Shown here: one piece after another, positions 10,242 to 19,841 of the stretch | How positions within the stretch are numbered: the stretch's first letter is position 1 | Layout: every line of letters starts with the position of its first letter | Source: Verrucomicrobiota bacterium | GTDB taxonomy: Bacteria > Verrucomicrobiota > Verrucomicrobiia > Limisphaerales > AAA164-E04 | Length of the DNA: 64,000 nucleotides | Assembly: GCA_029247315.1 (NCBI GenBank) | Contig: JAQWLM010000107.1 | Span: 7,459 to 71,458, forward strand | Direction: 5' to 3' | Made by a program: the position numbers and the translations under genes | The notes under the pieces: model-generated | Told to the model about the DNA's origin: nothing | The model's database searches: none | What the model saw: the letters and a program-made list of their open reading frames with translations, nothing else

Positions 10242-11744
10242 TCAACCCAGGGGCTTGTTCTGCATGATCCGATAGTTAGTCCTTCCTTCGCACCAAATCC
10301 GCAGGAGCTTGTCACTGTTTGAAAAATCGACTGCGTCTAGATCCTCAAGGGAGACGAGTGGAACACGGTTCACCTCACTGAGCACACAACCGGGTCTTAT
10401 ACCTGCGCGCCATGCAGCTCCATCTTCCATGACAGCTTCTACAAGCAGTCCTTCGACTTGTTTCGGTATCCGATATTCCCTGCGCACTTCTGGCGATAAT
10501 TCACTGAAGCGCATGCCTGCAGGAGCATACGAATCCTGGTTTCGGGATTCCTTGAAACTCCACTGTGGTGCGGCTTCATTGAGTTCATCGAGTGAAACAT
10601 CGATCAGGAGTTCTTCACCATCGCGGTTGAGTTTAAGTTGATAACCACGATTCGGGGTGCATTGCGACACCTTGAGCTTGAGCGCACGGCTGTCAGGAAT
10701 GGAGTGTCCATCAAATTCCAGTATCACATCACCTGAGCGAAGCCCTGCAGCTTCTGCCGGACTCTCAGGAATAACCTCAGCGATCACTGCACCTTGATTG
10801 GATTCAAGGTCAAAGAATCGACGCATCGCTGGGTTGACGTCCTGAATGTTCACCCCAAGATAACCCCTCACAACTCGACCGTTCGTAATGATGCTTTCCA
10901 TGACGTTGCGTGCAAGGTTGACGGGAATGGCGAATCCGATACCGATGTTACCACCCGAGCGACTGAGGATGGCTGTATTGATCCCAACCAAGCGGCCCTT
11001 GGCGTCAATAAGGGCACCCCCTGAGTTTCCTGGATTGATCGCAGCATCCGTCTGGATGAAATCTTCGTAGTCCAAGCCCATCTGGGCCCGCCCTTTGGCG
11101 CTGACCATGCCCATGGTGACGGTCTGTCCCACCCCGAATGGATTACCAATGGCCAGGACAATGTCGCCTACCATGATTTGTTGGCTGTCTCCAATTTCAA
11201 TGGGACTAAGGTTGTCTGCGTCGATCTTGAGCACGGCGACGTCCGACTTCGGATCCGCTCCTACGAGCCGAGCCACATATTCCTCGTTGTTTGGATTCAA
11301 CACCACGCGCATTTCGCTCGAACCTTCAACCACGTGGTGATTGGTCAGTATGTAGCCCTCTGGTGAGACAATGACACCTGAACCCAATCCATTACCAGGG
11401 CGTGGCTGTGATCTATCTGGCAACGGGTAACCTGGCATCTGCTCATTGAAGAAGCGTTCCAGTCCCCCAGGCATGCGAGAACGACTTCCGCTGTTTCGGG
11501 AAGAGGTGTAGATCTTTACCACACTTGGAGAAACCTCCTCTATGACCGGTGCAAAACTGACGCCAATGTTTCCATCACGGTTCAAGGGCTGGCGATTGAT
11601 GTTAAGGCTGGCCTTGGGGCGTTTGGATTCAGACTCTGCACTGTTCATCCAGCTTGTAACAAGGGACCCTGTGACAGTGCTTGTGACGGTAATCACAAGT
11701 AACAGACGCGTTCTGCGACACATGGTGAGGAGTTTGTTCTTCAT
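10242..11744 (-). CDS. degP: Do/DegP/HtrA periplasmic serine endoprotease with two PDZ domains
   Basis: GSGVIV, LTNHHV, DVAVLK, IGNPFG, IQTDAAINPGNSGG, two PDZ domains. Start placed at MKNKLL (11744); the ORF track extends to 11801. Confidence 0.9.
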   Translation of the reverse strand: MKNKLLTMCRRTRLLLVITVTSTVTGSLVTSWMNSAESESKRPKASLNINRQPLNRDGNIGVSFAPVIEEVSPSVVKIYTSSRNSGSRSRMPGGLERFFNEQMPGYPLPDRSQPRPGNGLGSGVIVSPEGYILTNHHVVEGSSEMRVVLNPNNEEYVARLVGADPKSDVAVLKIDADNLSPIEIGDSQQIMVGDIVLAIGNPFGVGQTVTMGMVSAKGRAQMGLDYEDFIQTDAAINPGNSGGALIDAKGRLVGINTAILSRSGGNIGIGFAIPVNLARNVMESIITNGRVVRGYLGVNIQDVNPAMRRFFDLESNQGAVIAEVIPESPAEAAGLRSGDVILEFDGHSIPDSRALKLKVSQCTPNRGYQLKLNRDGEELLIDVSLDELNEAAPQWSFKESRNQDSYAPAGMRFSELSPEVRREYRIPKQVEGLLVEAVMEDGAAWRAGIRPGCVLSEVNRVPLVSLEDLDAVDFSNSDKLLRIWCEGRTNYRIMQNKPLG

Positions 11745-11829
11745 GTTGGAATGTGGCATGGGAGGGAGACTTTCTAGTTTCTTCACACGACAAGAGAACA
11801 CATCAACCTCTCATCAACATTGCCGCTCC

Positions 11830-11845
11830 ATGACAAATATGTAAT
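11830..11845. promoter_or_regulatory. Putative CusR/CopR-type operator ATGACA-N4-TGTAAT upstream of degP
   Basis: ATGACAAATATGTAAT is a near-palindrome matching the CusR/cop-box pattern; an extra ATGACAA half-site lies at 11859-11865; a CusR-like regulator is encoded two genes away. Confidence 0.6.
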
Positions 11846-11917
11846 CAAATATGCGAGGATGACAATGATAAGTCCCTCCAAATCAACTCAGTTACACCGA
11901 GATTGATCCCTGATGTT

Positions 11918-12634
11918 TTACAAAGATGCTTTATCCCCGGGAAAACAAAACTCGCCCTGACACGGAGGAGTCTGTGCGGGCTGAATGCAACGTTCCGTGT
12001 CGTTTTCAACACTGTTGACATGGGTTGATACGGGATATGTCCGCATCCCTGTCTGCGCAAAGGGTCGTAACAGGGACTGCAAATCAGAAGGATCCTGCAA
12101 ATCAGGATTCAACCAGCACTTCCAACAGTGCATGGGAAGAATGACCGGCATGCGAGGATGCAATTTTTCAGTGAGGTCATTGGCTTCAGTAGTCAAGATC
12201 GTGAATGTCTCCAGGACCTCCCCATCCCCCTTGAACCACTTATCCCACAACCCGGCTAGAGCAAAGGCACGCTCGTCCTTCATCATGATGCGCCAAGGAA
12301 CTTTGTGCCGATCGATGGTTTGCCACTCAAAATAGCTGTCAGCAAGTACCAGGCATCTTCGTCGACGAAACGAATCCCTGAAACTTGGTTTCAAAGCCAC
12401 GGTTTCGGATCGAGCGTTGATCGTTGCATGTTCAGTGACAGGCCTCCTTGCCCAGGATGGAACGAGACCCCAGCGAAGTTCCTCCATGACTGGATCCTGA
12501 GAACCCATCTTCCGGACGACCACTGCATTCTGCCCGGGCGCAATGTTATAGCGAGGTTTCGAGCATCTGGAAACCATGTCTAATGGTGTTGTCACCACTT
12601 TTGGATTACCAAGATATGTATACCTGCCACACAT
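11918..12634 (-). CDS. SOS response-associated peptidase (SRAP, YedK/HMCES family), abasic-site protecting protein
   Basis: Invariant N-terminus MCGRY (ATG at 12634), RYNIAP, WGLVPSW, INARSET, FEW, H.RMPVIL. Confidence 0.93.
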   Translation of the reverse strand: MCGRYTYLGNPKVVTTPLDMVSRCSKPRYNIAPGQNAVVVRKMGSQDPVMEELRWGLVPSWARRPVTEHATINARSETVALKPSFRDSFRRRRCLVLADSYFEWQTIDRHKVPWRIMMKDERAFALAGLWDKWFKGDGEVLETFTILTTEANDLTEKLHPRMPVILPMHCWKCWLNPDLQDPSDLQSLLRPFAQTGMRTYPVSTHVNSVENDTERCIQPAQTPPCQGEFCFPGDKASL

Positions 12635-13086
12635 GGGGAAGTATTCTGAAATCAAAAAAGCATTTCGCGACAATTTGTTTACCCAGGCCTTCGGAGGGGT
12701 GTAAATAGTCTGGTGCGCTTGCATGCAGGAAGCAGAGCATGAAATCTTTTCCGATTTGAAATATCTGAACCCCTTCGACAGCGAACAAGTGCCTAACCGT
12801 CCCACACCAGTCGAAATCGTGTGTTCAAGACCCGATTAAATCGATGAAGCACCCCTGCCCCCTGATAAACTGTCTCATCCAAAGGACATGAAACAAGCAG
12901 TCTGTTCAAAACACACAGCATGCATGCTCAAAGATGATCCCCCCTTAACTCTTGATCCATGACCTACCTGAATGGTCAAAGCGATCGATAAAAACACCCT
13001 TTCACCGTATCCTTATGGTGAAATATAGAGACATACTTGAAATTCGCCATTGAAAAATTGTCAGCAACAACCGATACCTTCCTCTT

Positions 13087-13347
13087 ATGACAAAAACAGA
13101 GTCCGAGGTTCTGGAAAGTCTCAATTCGCTCATGGAGGCAGTAGGACAAATGGGGAATCAAACAGAAAAACCCGATCTGCAGGCCATGTTTGCAAGGATC
13201 GACCAACAAACCGATTTACTTCCGGATGGAACCCATCCGGTTCTCCTCCATTACCTGCAAAAAAAGAGTTATGAAAAGGCACGGCTTTTCCTCCTCGGAC
13301 GTGATGGGGAAAACGCCTCTGGGAATTGCCACGGCCACCGGGTTTGA
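13087..13347 (+). CDS. Small hypothetical helical protein (86 aa)
   Basis: ATG start, amphipathic helical character (LLHYLQKKSYEKARLFL), ends 16 bp before the refined mnmE start. Confidence 0.7.
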   Translation: MTKTESEVLESLNSLMEAVGQMGNQTEKPDLQAMFARIDQQTDLLPDGTHPVLLHYLQKKSYEKARLFLLGRDGENASGNCHGHRV

Positions 13348-13363
13348 TAAGGTTCGGTGCCTC

Positions 13364-14752
13364 ATGAAACCCACCCTACAGTCGGCTCAGGATACAATCG
13401 CAGCCATTGCCACCCCCATCGGTGAATCCGGACTTGCTGTGATACGCATTTCTGGCCCGGAAGCCTTGCAAACGGTGGACAAATGTTTTGCTCCCATTGG
13501 GTCCACATCCACACGCCCAACAAAAGCATCTTCCCACACGATTCAATATGGACGCATCATGGATCATGAACAACATATCGACGAGGTTATGATCAGCGTC
13601 TTTCGTGCACCCCGCACCTTCACGCGCGAGGACACGGTTGAAATATCCACACACGGCGGTATTTTGCCGGCCAAACTTGTGATGGAAACCCTCCTCCAGT
13701 GGGGTGTTCGCATGGCTGCTCCTGGGGAATTCACGCTTCGAGCCTTCCTCAATGGACGTATCGACCTCACCCAGGCCGAGGCCGTGGCCGACGTTATTCA
13801 TTCCCGCACTGAACGTGCCCTCACTGCTGCCAACGAACAGCTGGCCGGGAAATTGGGAAACAAGGTCAGGCAATTGCGTGATGAGCTATTGGCCTTGCTC
13901 GCTCATATCGAAGCTCATATTGACTTTCCGGATGAAGATATTTCTCCTGATACCAAACAACAAATGGAGCATAGAATCCTTTCCGCGCGTTCCTTTATGG
14001 ATGCCCTTCTGTCAACTTCACGCGAAGGCCGGGTCCTGCGGCAAGGTGTAAGGGCCGTCATCGTGGGACGCACAAATGCTGGGAAATCGAGCCTTCTGAA
14101 CGAACTTCTGGGCCAAGAACGGGCTATCGTTTCGGACGTGGAGGGCACGACAAGGGACACCATTGAAGAAATGGCAAATATTCGTGGAATCCCCATTATT
14201 TTCATCGACACTGCTGGCCTGCGGGAATCCAGTGATCCCATCGAGAAGGAGGGGATCCGCCGCAGCAAAAAGAGTATCAAAGAGGCAGAACTCGTACTTC
14301 ATATTGTCGATGGCTCAAGACCGCTGCGACAGGAGGATCTGGACTTTATCGAGCAGCATCAGGCAAAACAAAGGATTCACATCCTTAACAAGTCTGACCT
14401 TTCCGTCCACTCTTCCTATCAGGCTGAACCCACCATCAACTGGATCCCCTTATCCTGTGAAACTCATGATGGTGTGGAGACATTACGCGAAGCTATCTAC
14501 AAGGCAGTATGGTCAGGGAAGGTTCCAACGGAAATGCTCGAGGTGATGATCAACAGCCGACATCAGGATGCATTAAAACGAGGACTTTGCTCCCTGAAGG
14601 AGGTGAGTCAGGGACTTTCCACAGGGCTTGGACTCGAGCTTGTGGCCATGGATCTTCGTATCAGCATTGGAGCGATCGGGGAAATTGTAGGGGAAACGAC
14701 CACCGATGATCTACTGGACTCTATTTTTAGTCAATTTTGCCTTGGCAAATAA
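13364..14752 (+). CDS. mnmE: tRNA modification GTPase MnmE (TrmE)
   Basis: DTIAAIATP, VIRISG, PGEFTLRAFLNGRIDLTQAEA, G1 GRTNAGKSS, GTTRD, DTAGLR, NKSD, C-terminal FCLGK. Start refined to ATG 13364. Confidence 0.97.
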   Translation: MKPTLQSAQDTIAAIATPIGESGLAVIRISGPEALQTVDKCFAPIGSTSTRPTKASSHTIQYGRIMDHEQHIDEVMISVFRAPRTFTREDTVEISTHGGILPAKLVMETLLQWGVRMAAPGEFTLRAFLNGRIDLTQAEAVADVIHSRTERALTAANEQLAGKLGNKVRQLRDELLALLAHIEAHIDFPDEDISPDTKQQMEHRILSARSFMDALLSTSREGRVLRQGVRAVIVGRTNAGKSSLLNELLGQERAIVSDVEGTTRDTIEEMANIRGIPIIFIDTAGLRESSDPIEKEGIRRSKKSIKEAELVLHIVDGSRPLRQEDLDFIEQHQAKQRIHILNKSDLSVHSSYQAEPTINWIPLSCETHDGVETLREAIYKAVWSGKVPTEMLEVMINSRHQDALKRGLCSLKEVSQGLSTGLGLELVAMDLRISIGAIGEIVGETTTDDLLDSIFSQFCLGK

Positions 14753-14804
14753 GTGCTGATTCCCCCATCTGCAGAAAGCTGGCATTTCTCCGGGCTCACA
14801 CCAT

Positions 14805-15179
14805 TTAGGGGGACGTGGGGGCTGGAATCATGGATATTTGACCCTTTTCTGAGTCATAAAGGAACTTTCTGCCATGGGGCGGAACTGGAGCTTGGGCCAG
14901 GAACTCTTTTGAAACAAGTTCGGCAAGGTCCCGGGGGAAACGTCCCTCCAGGGTCTGGAATGATACAATGGCCTGCCTGATGGGTGCCATTTCAATGGTT
15001 CCCCTTGCATACTTATCCGCCTTGGCAATGGCACCCAGGTAATCCCCCTCGTGTGTCTTTTCTGTCTGAGCCTCTTCCGTGGCCGAGACGGGAATATGCT
15101 CGCCTACCGTGCTTACTTCCTTCACCCCACACCCGAAGCACTGAAGAAGCATCAAGCCTATCATGCTGTAATTTTTCAT
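14805..15179 (-). CDS. Hypothetical lipoprotein with a pseudopilin (GspG)-like C-terminal motif
   Basis: Short signal with lipobox-like FGC; IRQAIVSF...GRFPRDLAELV...P.PP.G..F.Y resembles GspG-type globular domains; 1 bp after the AsmA gene. Confidence 0.65.
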   Translation of the reverse strand: MKNYSMIGLMLLQCFGCGVKEVSTVGEHIPVSATEEAQTEKTHEGDYLGAIAKADKYARGTIEMAPIRQAIVSFQTLEGRFPRDLAELVSKEFLAQAPVPPHGRKFLYDSEKGQISMIPAPTSP

Positions 15180-15180
15180 A

Positions 15181-18100
15181 TCATTCCTGCTGCTGGGAGG
15201 GAGGTGACTTTTTCGGCGCGCCAGATCCCAAAGCCTTATTGAGAATATTAAGGGGATTCACCTCCTTCAATAACTTTGGCAAAAGCGGGCCACTTGCATT
15301 CTCCTCAGTTTCCCCGTCTACCTCCTGGTCCACCTTCTGTGCCTCGTTCACGCCAGTTAACAAGCCCTTGACATCCTTAAGAACCTTAACCGCACTCTCA
15401 CCCACTTGCTTGGGTAGCCCTACAGCAGCCTTGACAGCATCCTGTCCTACACTCAAGGGAAGCCCTGCAGCTGCCTTGAGTCCCAGTCCGGCCAAGGCTG
15501 CATTATCCCATTTTCGCTGATAATTTCCCAACGTTCCCTCCAGCTTCACAAAACGAGGCAACTTGACAAATGGCGTGTCCTTGGATTTCCCGGCAGACAA
15601 AAACCCCACATTCTTGGCCAAGGAACGTTCAAGATAAAGATCAATGGGCAGATGGATCACGCTGTTCGTCAAGACAGGTGCCAACTGAACTTCACCATCT
15701 GCATGCACCTGGAATGTATCAGAAAGGATACGAGCCTCGCGCAGTTCCAATGTCTGGTTTTGGATCTTCATCTTGCCTTCCACACCATGAATGGGAGACT
15801 TCAGGAGACCTGGGAGGCGCAACACCCCGGTAATGGGTTTCAAGACTCCCGTAAAAGGGGCCCACATCTTTGAGAAAAGGCTTTTTTCAAGCCGCTGCAC
15901 ATGAATACCTGCATCGGTGTAGTTAAAGGAAGCGGTGCCTTCCATATTTTCCTGCAGAACGGGTAAGGTAAACCCCATTCCCTTCAAAGATACTTGGCTT
16001 GTAAGCAGCCCTTGCAATTTACCTGTTTGGCCTGCTGCAAAATCGCCCGTTATTGCCCCAAGAGGCACTTTTTCAAAATCCAGATCCCCCGTATAGGAAG
16101 GCTCTGGATTTGAAAAATCGACTTTGAACCCTGCGCTGACGGGGCCCTCGTTCAGAACCATTTTCACGGGCGTGGCAAGCACCATGTTGGTTTGGTATAA
16201 CACTCTGCCCTGCAGCGATTCAATGATAAGGTCATGAACCTGTAATCTATCGATGTCGAACGACATGTCCAATTCCCCTATCGCTAATCCTAATCCTGGG
16301 AATGTGTTTATGTGTCGATCCCCTCCCGGTTCCACAGAGGAATCCTCTGGCTCTTGCGAACCTGAGGACAGATCCATTTGATCCCCACTCCACAGTCCAG
16401 TGTAGGGTGTAAGGTCGAGGGACTCCGCATTGAGTTTCAGGGAACCCGCTGAGTCCATCGAAAACTCCATCGGCAATGTTCCTTCCAGACGCAGGGTATT
16501 ATCTCCCTGCTGGGTAGCTGGCAGTTTTAAGGAAAATTCTCGCATGCGGATTTGTTCCCTGTCCCATCCCGCGTCCACTTCCAGATAGGCATGCATTCCT
16601 TGCAGGGGATCGGACAGCCCCTCCTGGTTTTCTTTGTGCTTCAAGCCAATTGAGCCCTTGAAGGAATGTTCAGCAGATGTATCGATCATCAAGCGCCCGT
16701 CTATCAGGGCATCCAGATGGTTCAGATCTCCAATTTGCGGCAGGGAACTCAGCAATGGTTTCAAGTCAGCGGCATCCAATGACGATGAGCTCAGCTCGAA
16801 CATTCCCTGCATGGCCTCGAGATCCAGGTTCCCATTGATCTTTATCTCACCCCCTTGATTGCCGGGAAAGCCAAGGTCCAAACCACGCACACTGAGTGCT
16901 TGATCCTGGAGCGATGCTTCCCCTCCAAGGGAGATGGAGTAGTCTTCAAATTGAAATGGATCACAACGGCCATTGAGCTCCCCAAGGCGTACCTGGAGTG
17001 TCGCCATGGAGGTGTCGTTGGTATGATTAAGAGTAAAGGCAAAGGAGGTTTCACCCGAATCGAGATCAAGAGACGCATGTTCGAAAATGAGCCCCAGACG
17101 AGCAAGGTTTCCCCTGCCATCTAGCTGCACCTCTGATGCATCTGAGGCTGAATGATATTCACCTGCCCCCCCAAGGGTAAGTATTTGTCCAGCCGATGGA
17201 TGTTCCCATGTCGCTCGTGCCTCCTTCAGTTCAATCGGTACGGACGCCCCACCCAGCAAGTGAAACCGGAGATCTATGTGCCCTAGGTCAGTGGAGCGTC
17301 CCCCTATCATCCACTGGACGTCCCCGGCATGGGCCTCCAGCACGGCCTCAACACCATGATCAGCATTTTCAGACTTGAGTTTTAAATGTCCATTCATCCT
17401 TCCCCCGGCAAGCATCTCCGGGGTGAAGGCATGCCAGGATGCGAGGTCAACGTCGATCATCTCCAGCTCGAATATGCCGCTGGGGATGGATACCCCTTTG
17501 GTTTGAAATAACAGCTGTGTCGGTTGCAGCAGATGCCCCGTGAGCCACTTTTTGCCTTGATCATGCGAATGGAAGTCGCATTTCTGGAATTGAAGTGCTT
17601 CCGCATCGCGACTGTAATCACAATGGCTTTCGACTTCCAAATCCAAGGAAGGGGACCACAAACCTCCATTTGCCACGGAAAATCCTCTTAGATCCAAGAG
17701 CCCCTGAATAGAAACAGCACTCCCCGCATTGGTGATATCGACGGTGTATTCTGCATTCAATCCATCTGCCTTGTATGGATGTCCAATGATGCTTGAACCC
17801 AGCATCAGGCTTTCCTTAGTCAGGTCGTTCAGGGAAATCTCAAGGCGACCCTCAGCAGGTGATAATTGAAGAGGCCCCGTGATTTGCATTTTGCCGGCAG
17901 AAACTCCATTGCGGTTCATGACAAGACTTGCATCCATCATCCCACCAGGTTCAAGGGCGAAGGTCCAGAGTCCGTCAAGTCCGTCAAGATCAGCGTAAGG
18001 AGCATGGACGGCATGGGTCTTCAGTGCGCCTGAAAAGTCCAATGCAGCAGGAAGAAGTGACTTATCGATGCTGAAGTCCCCGACCATGGAGAAATCCGTG

Positions 18101-18804
18101 GCAATGAATGGAACGACCTCATTGTCCTTTGTGTCGCCTGATGCTCGAAAACGCATGACTGATTGGAGGTTCAGGGTACCGGATGCATCCTGTCCAAAGT
18201 TGGAAATTCGGCATGAGTCCAGTTCCATTTCGAACTCCTTCTGAGTGCCATCAACCTGTTCCTGCCGGTATGCCAAGTGGGCTTCCTCGATTGAGATTTT
18301 CTTAAGTTCCAGAATCGGCAGCGGGCTGTCTGAACCCGAGGGAATGGTCTCCAGCCATTGGGATATCTGACTCGAGCCATCTGGTTTTTCCACAACGGTG
18401 AAGCTCGTCCCGACCACCTGCAGTTCTTCCATGCGAATGGTCCCGCCCAAAAGTGAAGGCAGGCTGTAACGGATAGTGACGCTTTCAAGGGATATCAGAG
18501 GGTCCCCATCGCGTGATGAGAGATTCAAACCTTTCATCGAGATACCCTTGAATGGACTGAAGGCAATCTCTTCCACCTCCATATCGGCAGCCATGCTTTC
18601 TTCAGCCATGGGAATGAGGAAGGTGCGTACAAACGAGGCGCTGGCCAGGTAGCCATAGCCTGTCAGGAGGATCAATGACACGAAGCAGGATGCGTAGACC
18701 CATCGGCGCTTCCAGAAGGTGTTTTTTTGATTCTTCAATTTTTCAAGATGTTCGGAAGATGCGGCGTGGGGGGTGGTAGCAGGCATGTTTAAAGATCCTT
18801 TCAA
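15181..18804 (-). CDS. AsmA-like (bridge-like lipid transfer) envelope protein
   Basis: N-terminal TM anchor, beta-rich repetitive body, AsmA-type segments (LNAESLDLTP; C-terminal AsmA_2-like region ending KLEGTLG). Confidence 0.8.
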   Translation of the reverse strand: MKGSLNMPATTPHAASSEHLEKLKNQKNTFWKRRWVYASCFVSLILLTGYGYLASASFVRTFLIPMAEESMAADMEVEEIAFSPFKGISMKGLNLSSRDGDPLISLESVTIRYSLPSLLGGTIRMEELQVVGTSFTVVEKPDGSSQISQWLETIPSGSDSPLPILELKKISIEEAHLAYRQEQVDGTQKEFEMELDSCRISNFGQDASGTLNLQSVMRFRASGDTKDNEVVPFIATDFSMVGDFSIDKSLLPAALDFSGALKTHAVHAPYADLDGLDGLWTFALEPGGMMDASLVMNRNGVSAGKMQITGPLQLSPAEGRLEISLNDLTKESLMLGSSIIGHPYKADGLNAEYTVDITNAGSAVSIQGLLDLRGFSVANGGLWSPSLDLEVESHCDYSRDAEALQFQKCDFHSHDQGKKWLTGHLLQPTQLLFQTKGVSIPSGIFELEMIDVDLASWHAFTPEMLAGGRMNGHLKLKSENADHGVEAVLEAHAGDVQWMIGGRSTDLGHIDLRFHLLGGASVPIELKEARATWEHPSAGQILTLGGAGEYHSASDASEVQLDGRGNLARLGLIFEHASLDLDSGETSFAFTLNHTNDTSMATLQVRLGELNGRCDPFQFEDYSISLGGEASLQDQALSVRGLDLGFPGNQGGEIKINGNLDLEAMQGMFELSSSSLDAADLKPLLSSLPQIGDLNHLDALIDGRLMIDTSAEHSFKGSIGLKHKENQEGLSDPLQGMHAYLEVDAGWDREQIRMREFSLKLPATQQGDNTLRLEGTLPMEFSMDSAGSLKLNAESLDLTPYTGLWSGDQMDLSSGSQEPEDSSVEPGGDRHINTFPGLGLAIGELDMSFDIDRLQVHDLIIESLQGRVLYQTNMVLATPVKMVLNEGPVSAGFKVDFSNPEPSYTGDLDFEKVPLGAITGDFAAGQTGKLQGLLTSQVSLKGMGFTLPVLQENMEGTASFNYTDAGIHVQRLEKSLFSKMWAPFTGVLKPITGVLRLPGLLKSPIHGVEGKMKIQNQTLELREARILSDTFQVHADGEVQLAPVLTNSVIHLPIDLYLERSLAKNVGFLSAGKSKDTPFVKLPRFVKLEGTLGNYQRKWDNAALAGLGLKAAAGLPLSVGQDAVKAAVGLPKQVGESAVKVLKDVKGLLTGVNEAQKVDQEVDGETEENASGPLLPKLLKEVNPLNILNKALGSGAPKKSPPSQQQE

Positions 18805-19791
18805 TCACATAGTCCGGTCACCTTGCTTACCATTTTCAAGCCATCCCAGGTAGTCGGTGATTCCGGATTGAAGATCAAAGGCGGGTCGGTATCCCACCAT
18901 CTCATTCGCTGCAGAGATATCGGCCTGAGTAAAGTTCTGGTAAAAGGGATGCGGATTGTCAAAATATGCCGCAGCCATGCTCAGTTCCAACGCACTGTTC
19001 AAAATGGCCACCACATCGTTGAACGAGGCAGATGTTCCAGAGCCAATGTTGTAGATACCCGACTTGGAGGCCTCTACTGCAGATAATGTGGCATCCACCA
19101 CATCCTTGATGTAGACAAAATCTCGCCTTTGCTCGCCATCGGTGAAAATGCGGGGATTGTTACCCTGCACCATTTGCCTGTAGAGCTGATAAATCATACT
19201 TGAAGCGTGACCCTTGTGGGCCTCACGCGGGCCGTAAACGTTAAAATACCTTAAACCAACGATCCTCCAGGCAGGGTTTTGCTGGAGATAATGCACTGCA
19301 AGGTTATCCAATTGAACCTTGCTGAAGGCATATGCGTTTTGAGGTGAAGGGGGCGTTGACTCATGCATTACGGAATCAGCATGCCCGTAAGTCGCAGCCG
19401 ATGAGGCGTAAATAACCGGGGTTTGATCCCTCATGGCCCATTCAATGATTTGCCGGAAGCCCTCTACGTTATCCCTCACTTGTCGCAGCCGATCGTGGTC
19501 TGTGGTGTCTGTAATTGAAGCGAGATGAAAGATGGCATCAAAAGTCACATCCTTGAAGCGAACCGAAGCCTGAAGATCCTGGAGAGGAGAAGCGATGCAG
19601 TCACCATGAAAACCTTCAAGATTACGGAAGTCTCCCGAACGAAAATCATCGACAATCACAACCCAAGCCTCGGGATACCGAGCCTGTAGCTCCAAGGCCA
19701 GGTTCGAACCTATAAATCCAGCCCCACCAGTGATTAAAGCACTCCGCACAATGTCCAGGGTGCCTCCATAAAGGGCAAATTGCAAGTTCAT
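18805..19791 (-). CDS. hldD: ADP-L-glycero-D-manno-heptose 6-epimerase
   Basis: TGGAGFIGSNL, ITDTT, YASSAATYG, YAFSK, LRYFNVYGPRE.HKG, RRDFVYIKDV, YQNFTQAD. Confidence 0.85.
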   Translation of the reverse strand: MNLQFALYGGTLDIVRSALITGGAGFIGSNLALELQARYPEAWVVIVDDFRSGDFRNLEGFHGDCIASPLQDLQASVRFKDVTFDAIFHLASITDTTDHDRLRQVRDNVEGFRQIIEWAMRDQTPVIYASSAATYGHADSVMHESTPPSPQNAYAFSKVQLDNLAVHYLQQNPAWRIVGLRYFNVYGPREAHKGHASSMIYQLYRQMVQGNNPRIFTDGEQRRDFVYIKDVVDATLSAVEASKSGIYNIGSGTSASFNDVVAILNSALELSMAAAYFDNPHPFYQNFTQADISAANEMVGYRPAFDLQSGITDYLGWLENGKQGDRTM

Positions 19792-19803
19792 GCTGAATTC
19801 ACA

Positions 19804-19833
19804 TTGCCTTAAGCCCCATCAGGGTCCTAGTCT
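19804..19833 (+). promoter_or_regulatory. Putative sigma70 promoter of phnA-phnY (near-leaderless transcript)
   Basis: TTGCCT (19804-19809), 18-bp spacer, TAGTCT (19828-19833); ATG 8 nt later with no Shine-Dalgarno. Confidence 0.4.
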
Positions 19834-19841
19834 ATGACCAC

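Noticed and set aside
12635-13086. LexA box or structured RNA upstream of the SRAP gene
   Set aside because: TGTTC half-sites are present but no complete TGTTC-N4-GAACA; only a short hairpin near 13001-13022; no tRNA or riboswitch pattern seen.
13190-13363. N-terminal extension of mnmE in the ORF track
   Set aside because: MnmE similarity starts just after ATG 13364, and the extension overlaps the 86-aa gene.
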